Assembly: GCA_034440375.1 (NCBI GenBank)
Contig: JAWXBZ010000062.1
Location: 1 to 19,254, forward strand
Reading direction: 5' to 3'
DNA: 19,254 nt
Source: Candidatus Eiseniibacteriota bacterium
GTDB lineage: Bacteria; Eisenbacteria; RBG-16-71-46; JABDJR01; JAWXBZ01
The notes below the pieces were generated by a model. The model was not told the DNA's origin, searched no databases, and saw nothing but the letters and a program-made list of their open reading frames with translations. Shown here piece by piece: positions 8,321 to 16,599 of this stretch. Each line of letters begins with the position of its first letter. Position 1 is the stretch's first letter. The translations under genes and the position numbers were made by a program.

Positions 8321-9448
8321 TCAAGCCCGCGCCAGGTCTCGCTCCAACCGGGCCAGGATTCGGGCCGCCGCCCGACCATCACCGAATGGATTACGCCGCC
8401 GACGGGTGGTCGTGGTTGGCGCTGCCCGCAGCAGACGGCGGCAGGCCGCGATCACCCGACCGGGGTCGGTGCCAACCAGGATCGACGTACCCTCATCCAG
8501 CCCTTCGGGTCGTTCCGTGGTCGCACGAGTGACCAGGACCGGCTTTCCCAGTGTCGGTGCTTCCTCCTGCAGCCCGCCCGAATCGGTCAGTACCATTCGG
8601 CACCGACCCAGAAGGGTCACCATCTCCGGATACGACACCGGCTCAATGAGATGGATTCGGGGGTGGCCGCGAAGCCGATCGTCGACCGACCGGCGCACAT
8701 TTGGGTTCAAGTGCACCGGATAGACCACGCGAACGCCCGGCTCCCGGTCGACGATCTCCCGGATGGCACGAAAGAGATTGTCCAGTGGCTCCCCGAAGGA
8801 CTCGCGGCGGTGTGCTGTGACGAGAATGACCGGGTCGTCGCCGAGTTGCGCTTCAAGCCCGGCCGGCCAGGCGACCGGAGCGTTGTCGAGTGTCCAAAGC
8901 AGTGCGTCGACCCCCGTATTCCCGGTCGTCAGTATTCTGCGGGCAGGAAATCCCTCCGCGCGAAGCGTCCGGGCTGCGTGCCGCGTCGGCGCGAACAACC
9001 ACTCCGAGAGCTGGTCGGTGAGCCGGCGGTTCACCTCCTCGGGAAACGGCGATCGGGGATCGAAGGTCCGAAGGCCGGCTTCAACGTGGCCGACGGGCAC
9101 CCCGGCATAGAAGGCGGCCAGGGCCGCCGCGAAGGTTGTCGTCGTGTCCCCCTGCACCAGAACCGCAGCCGGCTTTCGCCGGCGACAAAGGCTGGTCAGT
9201 GGGGGAATCAGTCGGGCCGTGAGATCCTCGAGGCTCTGGCCGGGCTTCATCATGGCCAGATCGTGGTCCGGCCGGAGGCCAAAGGCTCGGAGACCCTGAT
9301 CGAGCATCGATTTGTGCTGGCCGGTGGAGACAAGGATCGGTCGGAGCGATGTTGATTCGCGCAGGGCGAAGACCACGGGCGCCATCTTGATGGCCTCGGG
9401 CCGGGTGCCGACGATGACCATGACCGGGCGGGAGCTCCGGCGGCTCAT
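8321..9448 (-). CDS. wecB: UDP-N-acetylglucosamine 2-epimerase (non-hydrolysing)
   Basis: GTRPEAIKMAP, TGQH, VLVQGDTTT, HVEAGLRT, PFPEE, TAHRRE, VHLNPNV, TDSGGLQEEAP, TERPE and NPFGDGRAA. Confidence 0.96.
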   Translation of the reverse strand: MSRRSSRPVMVIVGTRPEAIKMAPVVFALRESTSLRPILVSTGQHKSMLDQGLRAFGLRPDHDLAMMKPGQSLEDLTARLIPPLTSLCRRRKPAAVLVQGDTTTTFAAALAAFYAGVPVGHVEAGLRTFDPRSPFPEEVNRRLTDQLSEWLFAPTRHAARTLRAEGFPARRILTTGNTGVDALLWTLDNAPVAWPAGLEAQLGDDPVILVTAHRRESFGEPLDNLFRAIREIVDREPGVRVVYPVHLNPNVRRSVDDRLRGHPRIHLIEPVSYPEMVTLLGRCRMVLTDSGGLQEEAPTLGKPVLVTRATTERPEGLDEGTSILVGTDPGRVIAACRRLLRAAPTTTTRRRRNPFGDGRAAARILARLERDLARA

Positions 9449-10713
9449 GCCCGCTCCTGCCGCTGCCGGGTGGCGGGAGCGATCGATTCCAGTTCACTCC
9501 GAATATGCCGGCCCACCGGCAGGACGTCAAAGTCGCGCCGCACGCGCGCCCGCCCGGCGGCCGCCATGGTTCGGGCTCGCGCCGGATTCGTGAGCAGATC
9601 GGTGATTGCGGCGGCGAGCGACAACGAATCCTCCGGTGGAACGAGCAGCGCCTCGACACCGCCCTCAACGGCCAGTGGGATATCACCGACCGCGGAGGCT
9701 ACCACCGGACGGCCGCTTGCGAGGTACTCGATCAGTTTTACCGGGAAGCCGGCCCGGTTAAGGACGCTTGACGTCTTCGGCGCCACCAGGACATCGGCGG
9801 CGGCAAAGTAGAGCGGCATCTCCAGACTCGGAGCCAGGCCCGGAAAATGTATACGCCCGGCCAGTCCCCACGCGTCGACCTGTCTCCGGAATTCCTCGAG
9901 CGCTTCGGCCGGATGTCCGCCAAGGATCACAAACTCGACGTCAGACTGGCTGGCCACGACGAGTCGGGCAGCCTCAAGGAGAAATGCCACCCCCTCATTG
10001 TCGAAAAACGAACCGGCATAAAGCACCGTCCGGGAAGAGGTGACGCCGCACCGCTCACGAAGGAAGCCCGCTGGAGCTTCGACCGTGAACTGGCCGGTGT
10101 CGACCACCGGTGGCACCCGGCCCAGCTTTCCGTCAGGAACGTACCCGGCAAACATTTCGGCCAGATAGCGGGTAAGGACGAAGGTCCGATCAAGCCGGCG
10201 CGGCAGCCAGGTCATCCCCCAACGATAATTGAGCGCCCACAGTCGACGGGCCAGCGTCTTCTCCACGCGGTCGTGGTCGATGAAAGACAAATCGCAATAA
10301 TCGCCGACCACATTCACGCGAAGCAGACGGGCAAGGATCCAGTAGGCGGCGCCATCGTAGAAGGTCGGCTGATACAGGTAGATCGTCCCGAGGTCCTCGC
10401 CTCGCAAGCTCCAGAGCGTGGTGAGCGACCGCCACAGGCTGGTCCACCGGAGGACGAACAGGCCCAACGTGCCCAGAGCCCCCATCCCCGGAGTATGACC
10501 GTATGACCCCCGGCGGGAGAGCCGCCGCACATCAATATAGTCAATCGTTTCGCGGGTGCGGTCGCTGTGCGAGTCACGAACCAGTCCGCGCGGGCATGGA
10601 ATGACCAGCGTGACGGGAAGGCCCGCCGCCACCATGCTGCGGGCCAGCATGTAGACCCGTCGCGTGTCGCCGCCGACGCCGTTCGGAAAATCCACAATGG
10701 CCACCATGGCCAC
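9445..10713 (-). CDS. GT4-family glycosyltransferase
   Basis: VLYAGS, GFPVKLIEYLASGRPVVASAVGD, LLVPPED. Start is uncertain: GTG 10713, ATG 10707, or CTG 10731 overlapping the upstream stop. Confidence 0.9.
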   Translation of the reverse strand: MAMVAIVDFPNGVGGDTRRVYMLARSMVAAGLPVTLVIPCPRGLVRDSHSDRTRETIDYIDVRRLSRRGSYGHTPGMGALGTLGLFVLRWTSLWRSLTTLWSLRGEDLGTIYLYQPTFYDGAAYWILARLLRVNVVGDYCDLSFIDHDRVEKTLARRLWALNYRWGMTWLPRRLDRTFVLTRYLAEMFAGYVPDGKLGRVPPVVDTGQFTVEAPAGFLRERCGVTSSRTVLYAGSFFDNEGVAFLLEAARLVVASQSDVEFVILGGHPAEALEEFRRQVDAWGLAGRIHFPGLAPSLEMPLYFAAADVLVAPKTSSVLNRAGFPVKLIEYLASGRPVVASAVGDIPLAVEGGVEALLVPPEDSLSLAAAITDLLTNPARARTMAAAGRARVRRDFDVLPVGRHIRSELESIAPATRQRQERA

Positions 10714-10727
10714 CCGCCGGCCGCGGC

Positions 10728-11639
10728 TCAGATCGGAGCCCCGGCCCGGGTGATGAGAGCACCGATCCGGGCCTCACGCTCGCGTGCCCGGGAGCCGATC
10801 GGACCGGGGACCAGGCATTGCAGCGCGAGAAAGCCCCCGGCACCGATCCAATTCAGCGTCAACGCGGCCTGAAGGAGGAACGCCGCGACCGCCCCGTCAT
10901 GTTTGCGGTGATAGGCCAGGCGAGCGGCCACGGCGCGCGGGCTCCACCGCCCCCCGACAGGGTCACTGCCGCGCATTTCATGAACAGCGACTGCCTCAGC
11001 CACGAAGTGCACGTCGCGTCGGGCCTGTCGAACACGCCGACAGAAATCGATGTCCTCCGCATACAGAAAGAATCGCTCGTCGAAACCACCCAGGGCGATG
11101 GCCCATGGACGGTCGAATGCCATGAACGCCCCCGACACCCATCCCACGGGCCCGGAGACGCGTGGAGCGGCCACCATACCGAGAGGCTGAGAAAGCCCAA
11201 GGAATCCAAACTCGAGCCATGAATTGAGGAGGGTCGGGAGGGCGAAGGCGGTTCCCTGATCACGGCCGTCGGGGTGCACGATACAGCCACCAACCACGCC
11301 GACGCCTGGATTACGGTCGAGATAACCGACCAGACTCTTGATGGCTCCTGGCCGAACTCGGGCGTCGCTGTTGAGGAGAACCGCGCGCCGTCCGGCGGCC
11401 GCCGCGAGTCCCGTGTTGACGCCAGCCGAGAATCCGCCGTTTTCGGCCCTGACAATGACTTTTGGCTTGAGTCGATGCACCGACGAGACGGCAACGCTGT
11501 CATCGCTCGACGCATTGTCCACAACGATGATCTCCATGTTCTCCGGAGCGTCATCCACCAGGGAATCGAGTGCGCCGATCAGGCGGTCCCTGGTGTTCCA
11601 GTTGACGAGGACGATCGAAACGTCGAACTGGCTGCTCAT
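10728..11639 (-). CDS. GT2-family glycosyltransferase (WbbL/WfgS-like)
   Basis: VSIVLVNWN, IIVVDNASSD, NGGFSAGVN, LLNSD, WVSGAFM, GGFDERFFLYAEDIDFC; ATGA overlap with the upstream GT4. Confidence 0.93.
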   Translation of the reverse strand: MSSQFDVSIVLVNWNTRDRLIGALDSLVDDAPENMEIIVVDNASSDDSVAVSSVHRLKPKVIVRAENGGFSAGVNTGLAAAAGRRAVLLNSDARVRPGAIKSLVGYLDRNPGVGVVGGCIVHPDGRDQGTAFALPTLLNSWLEFGFLGLSQPLGMVAAPRVSGPVGWVSGAFMAFDRPWAIALGGFDERFFLYAEDIDFCRRVRQARRDVHFVAEAVAVHEMRGSDPVGGRWSPRAVAARLAYHRKHDGAVAAFLLQAALTLNWIGAGGFLALQCLVPGPIGSRAREREARIGALITRAGAPI

Positions 11640-12835
11640 GGCCGAGATCCGCCCGCCGGACCAGATCGGACGGCGGATTCGAAGACTTCGATGAAGGCCT
11701 GCGACATCCCCTCGATTGTGAAGCGTTCGGCCACCACACCCCGCGCGGCGTGCCCGAGTCGATCGCGAAGGGCGGCGTCACCGGCCAGTTCAACCAGGGC
11801 ATCCGCCAGGGTCCGGGCGTCTCCCGCCGGGATACACCGGCCGGTAACGCCGTCCTCGACAATCTCCCGCCCTGTCGAATCATCCGGAGCGACAATTGCC
11901 TTCCCGGCCGCCATCGATTCGACCAGCGGCAGGCCAAATCCTTCCGGAGCCGTCGGGAGGAAAGCCGCGAGGTCTGCCGCTGCGAGGAGCGCAGGCAAAT
12001 CGCTACGCCAACCCAGCCACCGGACGGGATTCGTTTCAGACCCGGTCCGATAAAGCCCGAGCCGCTCCGCGTGGTTCATCAAGGCCGGTAGACGCCCTCC
12101 CTCGACCTCGCCGCCGGCGAACAGCACCACGAGTCGGGGCTCGCGGGCTCGGGCCGCCGGCAACGCATCGAGAAATTCCATCTGACCCTTGTGGCGGCCG
12201 AGGCCGGCAGGGTAGAGCACGACAATGTCCGCCGCGTTGAGGCCAAGGGCGGCGCGCGATGGCTCGCGAAGCTCGGGACGATGCCACTCCCCCGGATCGA
12301 CCCCCTCGTGAATCACCCGTACGTCCCCTGCCACGCGAAAGGGACGGGCTGCGGCCTCTGAAATGGCCACCCTGGCGGCAGCCGGTCGTGACGCTTCGAC
12401 AAGGTAGTCGCGCGCTCGCGGGTCATTGTCCGGAACCACTTCGCGGATGTGGAATACGAACGGAACCCCTCGAGCCCGGGCAACCCCCGCGGGCACCGGC
12501 AGAAGCGCACAGTTGAGGTGGATGAGGTCGGGGCGAACTTGATCGATCAGCCGGGACAGGGCTCGGCGGGTAATCGGCGACATCACGCCGTGCTTGAGGC
12601 GCGTCGACAATTTCACGCGGGGTTGATGGGCCAGATAGTACCAAGCCGACAGGGCGAGCTCGTGCAGGACGATGCCGCGGGCACGAAAGTAATCCGCGGC
12701 TGGCCCCGACCCCGGCACCACCACGTGCGACTCGAACCTGTCCTTTGGCAGGTGTTCGATCAGTCGGCTGAGGCTGATCGGGGCGCCGCCCAGTACGCGG
12801 CCGTGATGAATGTGAAGCACACGGATTCGGCTCAC
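11636..12835 (-). CDS. GT4-family glycosyltransferase
   Basis: RVLHI..LGGA, PDLIHLN, FHIRE, HKGQ, LGWRSD, E-x7-E (EGFGLPLVE)SMAAG; GTG start preceded by GGAGG. Confidence 0.93.
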   Translation of the reverse strand: MSRIRVLHIHHGRVLGGAPISLSRLIEHLPKDRFESHVVVPGSGPAADYFRARGIVLHELALSAWYYLAHQPRVKLSTRLKHGVMSPITRRALSRLIDQVRPDLIHLNCALLPVPAGVARARGVPFVFHIREVVPDNDPRARDYLVEASRPAAARVAISEAAARPFRVAGDVRVIHEGVDPGEWHRPELREPSRAALGLNAADIVVLYPAGLGRHKGQMEFLDALPAARAREPRLVVLFAGGEVEGGRLPALMNHAERLGLYRTGSETNPVRWLGWRSDLPALLAAADLAAFLPTAPEGFGLPLVESMAAGKAIVAPDDSTGREIVEDGVTGRCIPAGDARTLADALVELAGDAALRDRLGHAARGVVAERFTIEGMSQAFIEVFESAVRSGPAGGSRP

Positions 12836-12918
12836 CGCCCCCCTCCGTCCGTGCCGGCCGGAATCTCCTTCGAACCGGACATCGCCAGGCGGAGAACACG
12901 ACCGTGATCCTCGATCAC
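12832..12918 (-). pseudogene. 28-codon mini-ORF, a remnant of a GT4 gene 5' end
   Basis: Runs GTG 12918 to TGA 12832: MIEDHGRVLRLAMSGSKEIPAGTDGGGR*. Aligns without gaps to residues 21-48 of the GT4 at 4467-5666 (VTNDPNRPLRVAMLGSKGIPASVGGVER). GTGA overlaps at both ends. Confidence 0.72.
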
Positions 12919-13826
12919 AATCGATAGACGGATTTCATCCAGGCCACTGTTCGCTCGATCCCGTCTTCGAGTGAAACTTTCGGCGCGTGTTCCAGGTCAC
13001 GGCAGGCCAGGGTCAGATCCACTCTCTTGTCCCGGGTCGTGAACGGCTCGGCCTCGACGTATTCCACCAGCCGGTCGTCCTTGCCACAGGCCGCAAGAAT
13101 GAGGTCGGAGAGCTGGCGAATGTCGTGGTACTCCTCGCCGCCAATGTTGTAGACCGCGCCGGGTTTGAAGCGTTCCGCGATGTTGGCCAGCGTGGCGACG
13201 GTGTCGTCCACGTACGACGACGTTCGATGGTGGTTCAAATAGACCTTGTACGGGCGATCGGTGAGGGCCCGGTAGGTGAAGAGACAGCAGACGCTGCGAT
13301 ACGGGCTGTAGTGTTCACCGGGCCCGTAGGTGTTGAACAGCCGGACCCGGACGGACTCGGTACCTTGCATGGCCGCCGAGTTAAGAAATTGCTGCTCACT
13401 GACCCATTTGCTCATGGCGTAGTCGTTGAGCTGACGCACCTCCACCCGGTCCATGACGTCCTCCGACATGATGCCGTCGTAGTCGCCGTACACCTCACTC
13501 GAGGAGAAGAAGACGGTGCGGAATCGGAGGCTTTCCTGCAATCGGATCAAGTTCTTCGTGCCGACCACGTTCGAGCGCCAGAGTGTGTCGAAGAAATCCT
13601 CCCCATTCCAGCGACCGAATTCCGCAGCCAGATGGTAGACGAGATCAAAGCGGCGCCCCTCGAAGACCCGTTCCAGTTGCCGGTAGAGGCCGACGTCGGC
13701 CCGGACATACTGGTCGTCATGATGGTGGGGCAGGTCGCAAATCCAGACGGAATGGCCGCGGCGGCGCAACTCCGCAACCAGCACGGAGCCGACCGTGCCC
13801 AGTCCGCCGGTGACGAGAATGTTCAT
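12915..13826 (-). CDS. NAD-dependent nucleotide-sugar epimerase/dehydratase (extended SDR)
   Basis: MNILVTGGLGTVG (GxxGxxG), YHLAA, FSSSEVYG, YAMSK (YxxxK), RLFNTYGP, YNIGG. True start is ATG 13826 with AAAGGG upstream; the track's extension to 14312 overlaps the upstream gene. Confidence 0.93.
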   Translation of the reverse strand: MNILVTGGLGTVGSVLVAELRRRGHSVWICDLPHHHDDQYVRADVGLYRQLERVFEGRRFDLVYHLAAEFGRWNGEDFFDTLWRSNVVGTKNLIRLQESLRFRTVFFSSSEVYGDYDGIMSEDVMDRVEVRQLNDYAMSKWVSEQQFLNSAAMQGTESVRVRLFNTYGPGEHYSPYRSVCCLFTYRALTDRPYKVYLNHHRTSSYVDDTVATLANIAERFKPGAVYNIGGEEYHDIRQLSDLILAACGKDDRLVEYVEAEPFTTRDKRVDLTLACRDLEHAPKVSLEDGIERTVAWMKSVYRL

Positions 13827-13868
13827 CCAGGCCAAACCCTTTCTGCATATTGCATCGACGCCCGCAGC

Positions 13869-13898
13869 ACAATACCACGCGATCTTCCGGCATGCCAA
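13869..13898 (-). promoter_or_regulatory. Possible internal sigma70 promoter upstream of the epimerase
   Basis: Minus strand TTGGCA (13898-13893), N18, TATTGT (13874-13869) with an extended -10 TGn, in a 145-nt intergenic gap. Confidence 0.4.
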
Positions 13899-13971
13899 AG
13901 TTGCGCCATCGGCCAGGGTGACTGGCGGTGAGTCGCTGCCGCCAGAGCCCCGCGGTGATTTAGCAGACCTA

Positions 13972-15360
13972 TCATCCGAACTGATCGTCGGCCGATCCCG
14001 GCAGGGAGTCGCTCTGGTTGACGACGACGGCCGCCATGAACCAGACGGGGCCGAATGCGGCCGCGTCGAGGAGCGTGGGGATTGAAATCCCGGCCACGGA
14101 AAAACCGATGAGCCCCAGAAAAACAGCCGCACCCACCCGGCGCGGCATCCGGCCGACGCCGGGATCGCGCGACAGGCGCCAGCCGGCCATGACCGCTGCG
14201 AAAAGAAAAGCGATGAGGGCCAGCATCCCCTGGAAGCCGGTCTGAATGCCCATCTGGAAGAATGTGTTTTCACTCCAGAACTGCACGCCCGTCCCGTGCT
14301 GGAACCCGGCAAAGCTGGCGGAGCCTAGCCCGACCCCCAGCTTGTGGTCCCAGAAATACTGGGCGGCAGCCACGAGTGCCACGTAGTGCATGCTCGTCTT
14401 GGCCGGGTCCCGGCTGACGATTGTCAGCGCATAGGAGCCGATCGTCTCCGCCAACGACGGCACGAAACGAAGGGCCAGGGCAACAAGGACCAGCGGCGAG
14501 GCGATGAGAAGCAGGCGATCCCGACCTCGAACGACTGTCAGGAAGGCCGCCGCAAGCGCCGCGGCGATGCCGAGCCAGGAACTCCGCGTAAACGAAAACG
14601 CGGAGGCACCGGCCGAAACCGCGAGCAGGAGGGGCGCCAGCCGCGCGGCCTGGTCGTCCCGACTCGGAACAACCAGGATCGCCACGGAGGAGAGCACCCC
14701 GATCATTCCAACATATCCCAGGGAAAGCGGCGAAACAAGAATTGAATAGGCGCGCGCCACTCGCCCCGAATCGAAACCGGCATAGTCACGCAGAGACTCG
14801 ACGAGGTCATACTTCACCATGATGTATTCGTAGCCCCAGAATGTTTGAATACAACCGTAGGCCGTGACTGCGAAACCGGTCAGGGCAACCGACCAGAGCA
14901 GGATTCGCGTGGCCGCCGGGCCTGGGGCCAGCAGCCGAACGACGAAATACAGCAGGAACAACCGCAGGATTTCGTGATAGCCGTAGATTCCGGTCTTGAA
15001 GTTGGTGGCCATCGGAATGTAGACGAGACCGTTGACGAGAAGAAAGGCCGCGGCGGCATCCACCCACGTCCAGCGGAACGGCGCCGCTCGCCGTTCATGG
15101 ACGCGACGGAGGGCGAGACCTGTCACGGTGAGCAGTAGAAGTAGAAATGAGAACGGGAGGCCCTTGGGGATGTAGGGCGTCAGCAGGAGGTAGGTCGGCC
15201 CTGAGATCAGGATGCTGGCCAGACCGACGACGGGATAAACCAGTATCAGGAGCACCAGTACGGCCAACCCGAGCAATCCGATCAGCGCCGGTCCTCCGGC
15301 AAGGGCGGCCAGAGTCAGCAAGGCGCCGGTCGCGACGATGACAAGGTCGTGGCGCCGCAT
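13972..15360 (-). CDS. Wzy polymerase / O-antigen ligase family membrane protein
   Basis: About 12 TM segments, RAYSIL..P, SFTRSSWLG, LGVGLG and ENTFFQM motifs resembling the Wzy_C family; TGATG overlap with the co-polymerase. Confidence 0.85.
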   Translation of the reverse strand: MRRHDLVIVATGALLTLAALAGGPALIGLLGLAVLVLLILVYPVVGLASILISGPTYLLLTPYIPKGLPFSFLLLLLTVTGLALRRVHERRAAPFRWTWVDAAAAFLLVNGLVYIPMATNFKTGIYGYHEILRLFLLYFVVRLLAPGPAATRILLWSVALTGFAVTAYGCIQTFWGYEYIMVKYDLVESLRDYAGFDSGRVARAYSILVSPLSLGYVGMIGVLSSVAILVVPSRDDQAARLAPLLLAVSAGASAFSFTRSSWLGIAAALAAAFLTVVRGRDRLLLIASPLVLVALALRFVPSLAETIGSYALTIVSRDPAKTSMHYVALVAAAQYFWDHKLGVGLGSASFAGFQHGTGVQFWSENTFFQMGIQTGFQGMLALIAFLFAAVMAGWRLSRDPGVGRMPRRVGAAVFLGLIGFSVAGISIPTLLDAAAFGPVWFMAAVVVNQSDSLPGSADDQFG

Positions 15361-16598
15361 CAGGATCGGAGTGCGGCCAGCCAGCTTTCCAATCGACGGA
15401 ACCCGGGGCCGACCCTTCCCTGCACCTCGGCGGACGCGCCGGGGATGCGGGCCATCGTCCGGTAGAGGTACTCCAGTCCAAAGGCAATAAGGAGCCCCCC
15501 CCCCAACCCCACCGCGAATCCCGCCATCATGTTTTTCTTGCGGCGGGGTGAGTCACGGGTCACGGGCGGACGGGCCCTGTCGAGGACCTGGATTGTGGGA
15601 ATGTCGCGGGCTTCTTCGATCTTTGCCTGCTGGTACTGGGTTGTCAAAAGCGTGAACACCGCCTGCTGCGTCTTGATGGTCAGCGTCAGGTCGGCCAACT
15701 GGCGCCCGAGGCCCGGAATCCGGGCAAAGGAGATCAGGAGGCCGGTGCGCCGGGTGGGGCTTTCCGGCGCATCGCCCGAGACCAGTTCCGTGACCCGATT
15801 TCGCAGAGCCGAAATTCGCTGCTCCAGGTGGCGCGTCCCGGAGAACGCCCCCGTCGAGTAGTTGCGCTGTACCTCGAGCTGCGCCTCCATGCCAATCAGC
15901 TCGGCCTCCAGTTTCGAGACGACCTCGACCTCTGCCTTGGCCTGCTCGTCCAGCGCCACCATGCCATGCTGGCGCTGAAAAATCTCGAGTCGGGTCTGGG
16001 CCACCGTCAGGGAGTCACGGGTTTCCGCGAGTCGCTGTCCGATGAATTGGCGGGTCTGGCGCGCCGAGGTGAACGCGAACTCCTGGTTCAGACGATCGAG
16101 TTCCTCGAAGTAGGCGTTGGCGATGGAGGCAGCCAGCTCCGCCGACGGAGCCCGGGCCGTGAGAAAAATGGAAGATCGACGCGTCAGATCGGTCGACACC
16201 AGCTTCATGAGCCGCTCATGAGCCAATTCACGGGCGCGCTCCGGCGTTTTCGCCTTGATTCGGAGTGCGTCGATGAGGCTCAGCCGGTCGATGACCCGGT
16301 CGCGGATCTGCTCGCTCTCGAGAATCGAGATCAGGACGTCGGCGTCCGATGTGATCCCCGATAACCCACCGGCCAACGCGCCGAACTGATTGGCCACGAG
16401 GCTGGTCAGGCCCATGACGTTGTCACCATCCTGCTTGGGAAGAAGGCTGGCGCGTGCGAGATAAACCGGCTTGGCGAGGATGGAAAAAACGAGGGTGACG
16501 GCCAGAACGCCGGCGGCGAATGCGATGACCACGCGCTTCCACGCCAGTACGACAGCCAGAGCCTCGAGAAGCGGCGATTTGATGGGAGACGGTTCCAT
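15360..16598 (-). CDS. Polysaccharide co-polymerase / chain-length regulator (Wzz/GumC-like, no kinase domain)
   Basis: N-terminal TM then KPVY.ARASLLP, a long coiled-coil periplasmic region, EEARDIPTIQVLDRARPP...SPRR and a C-terminal TM; no Walker A motif. Confidence 0.9.
   Translation of the reverse strand: MEPSPIKSPLLEALAVVLAWKRVVIAFAAGVLAVTLVFSILAKPVYLARASLLPKQDGDNVMGLTSLVANQFGALAGGLSGITSDADVLISILESEQIRDRVIDRLSLIDALRIKAKTPERARELAHERLMKLVSTDLTRRSSIFLTARAPSAELAASIANAYFEELDRLNQEFAFTSARQTRQFIGQRLAETRDSLTVAQTRLEIFQRQHGMVALDEQAKAEVEVVSKLEAELIGMEAQLEVQRNYSTGAFSGTRHLEQRISALRNRVTELVSGDAPESPTRRTGLLISFARIPGLGRQLADLTLTIKTQQAVFTLLTTQYQQAKIEEARDIPTIQVLDRARPPVTRDSPRRKKNMMAGFAVGLGGGLLIAFGLEYLYRTMARIPGASAEVQGRVGPGFRRLESWLAALRS
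15495..15504. repeat. C10/G10 homopolymer inside the co-polymerase gene
   Basis: Ten consecutive C on the + strand, read as TTG GGG GGG GGG (Leu-Gly-Gly-Gly) on the coding strand. Confidence 0.9.
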
Positions 16599-16599
16599 G

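Noticed and set aside
12987-13931. Long plus-strand ORFs (314 aa here; also 3393-4127, 5746-6519, 8651-9355, 11274-12053, 16879-17643)
   Set aside because: These are antisense shadows of well-supported minus-strand genes, expected in high-GC DNA, with no recognisable motifs.
13934-13943. ops/JUMPstart-like GGCGGCAGCG on the minus strand
   Set aside because: It has C in place of the conserved T of GGCGGTAG, lies mid-operon, and no RfaH/UpxY gene is in the window.
13827-14312. 162-aa N-terminal extension of the epimerase ORF
   Set aside because: It overlaps the Wzy-like gene in another frame; the SDR fold starts at MNILVTGG with an SD-like sequence upstream.
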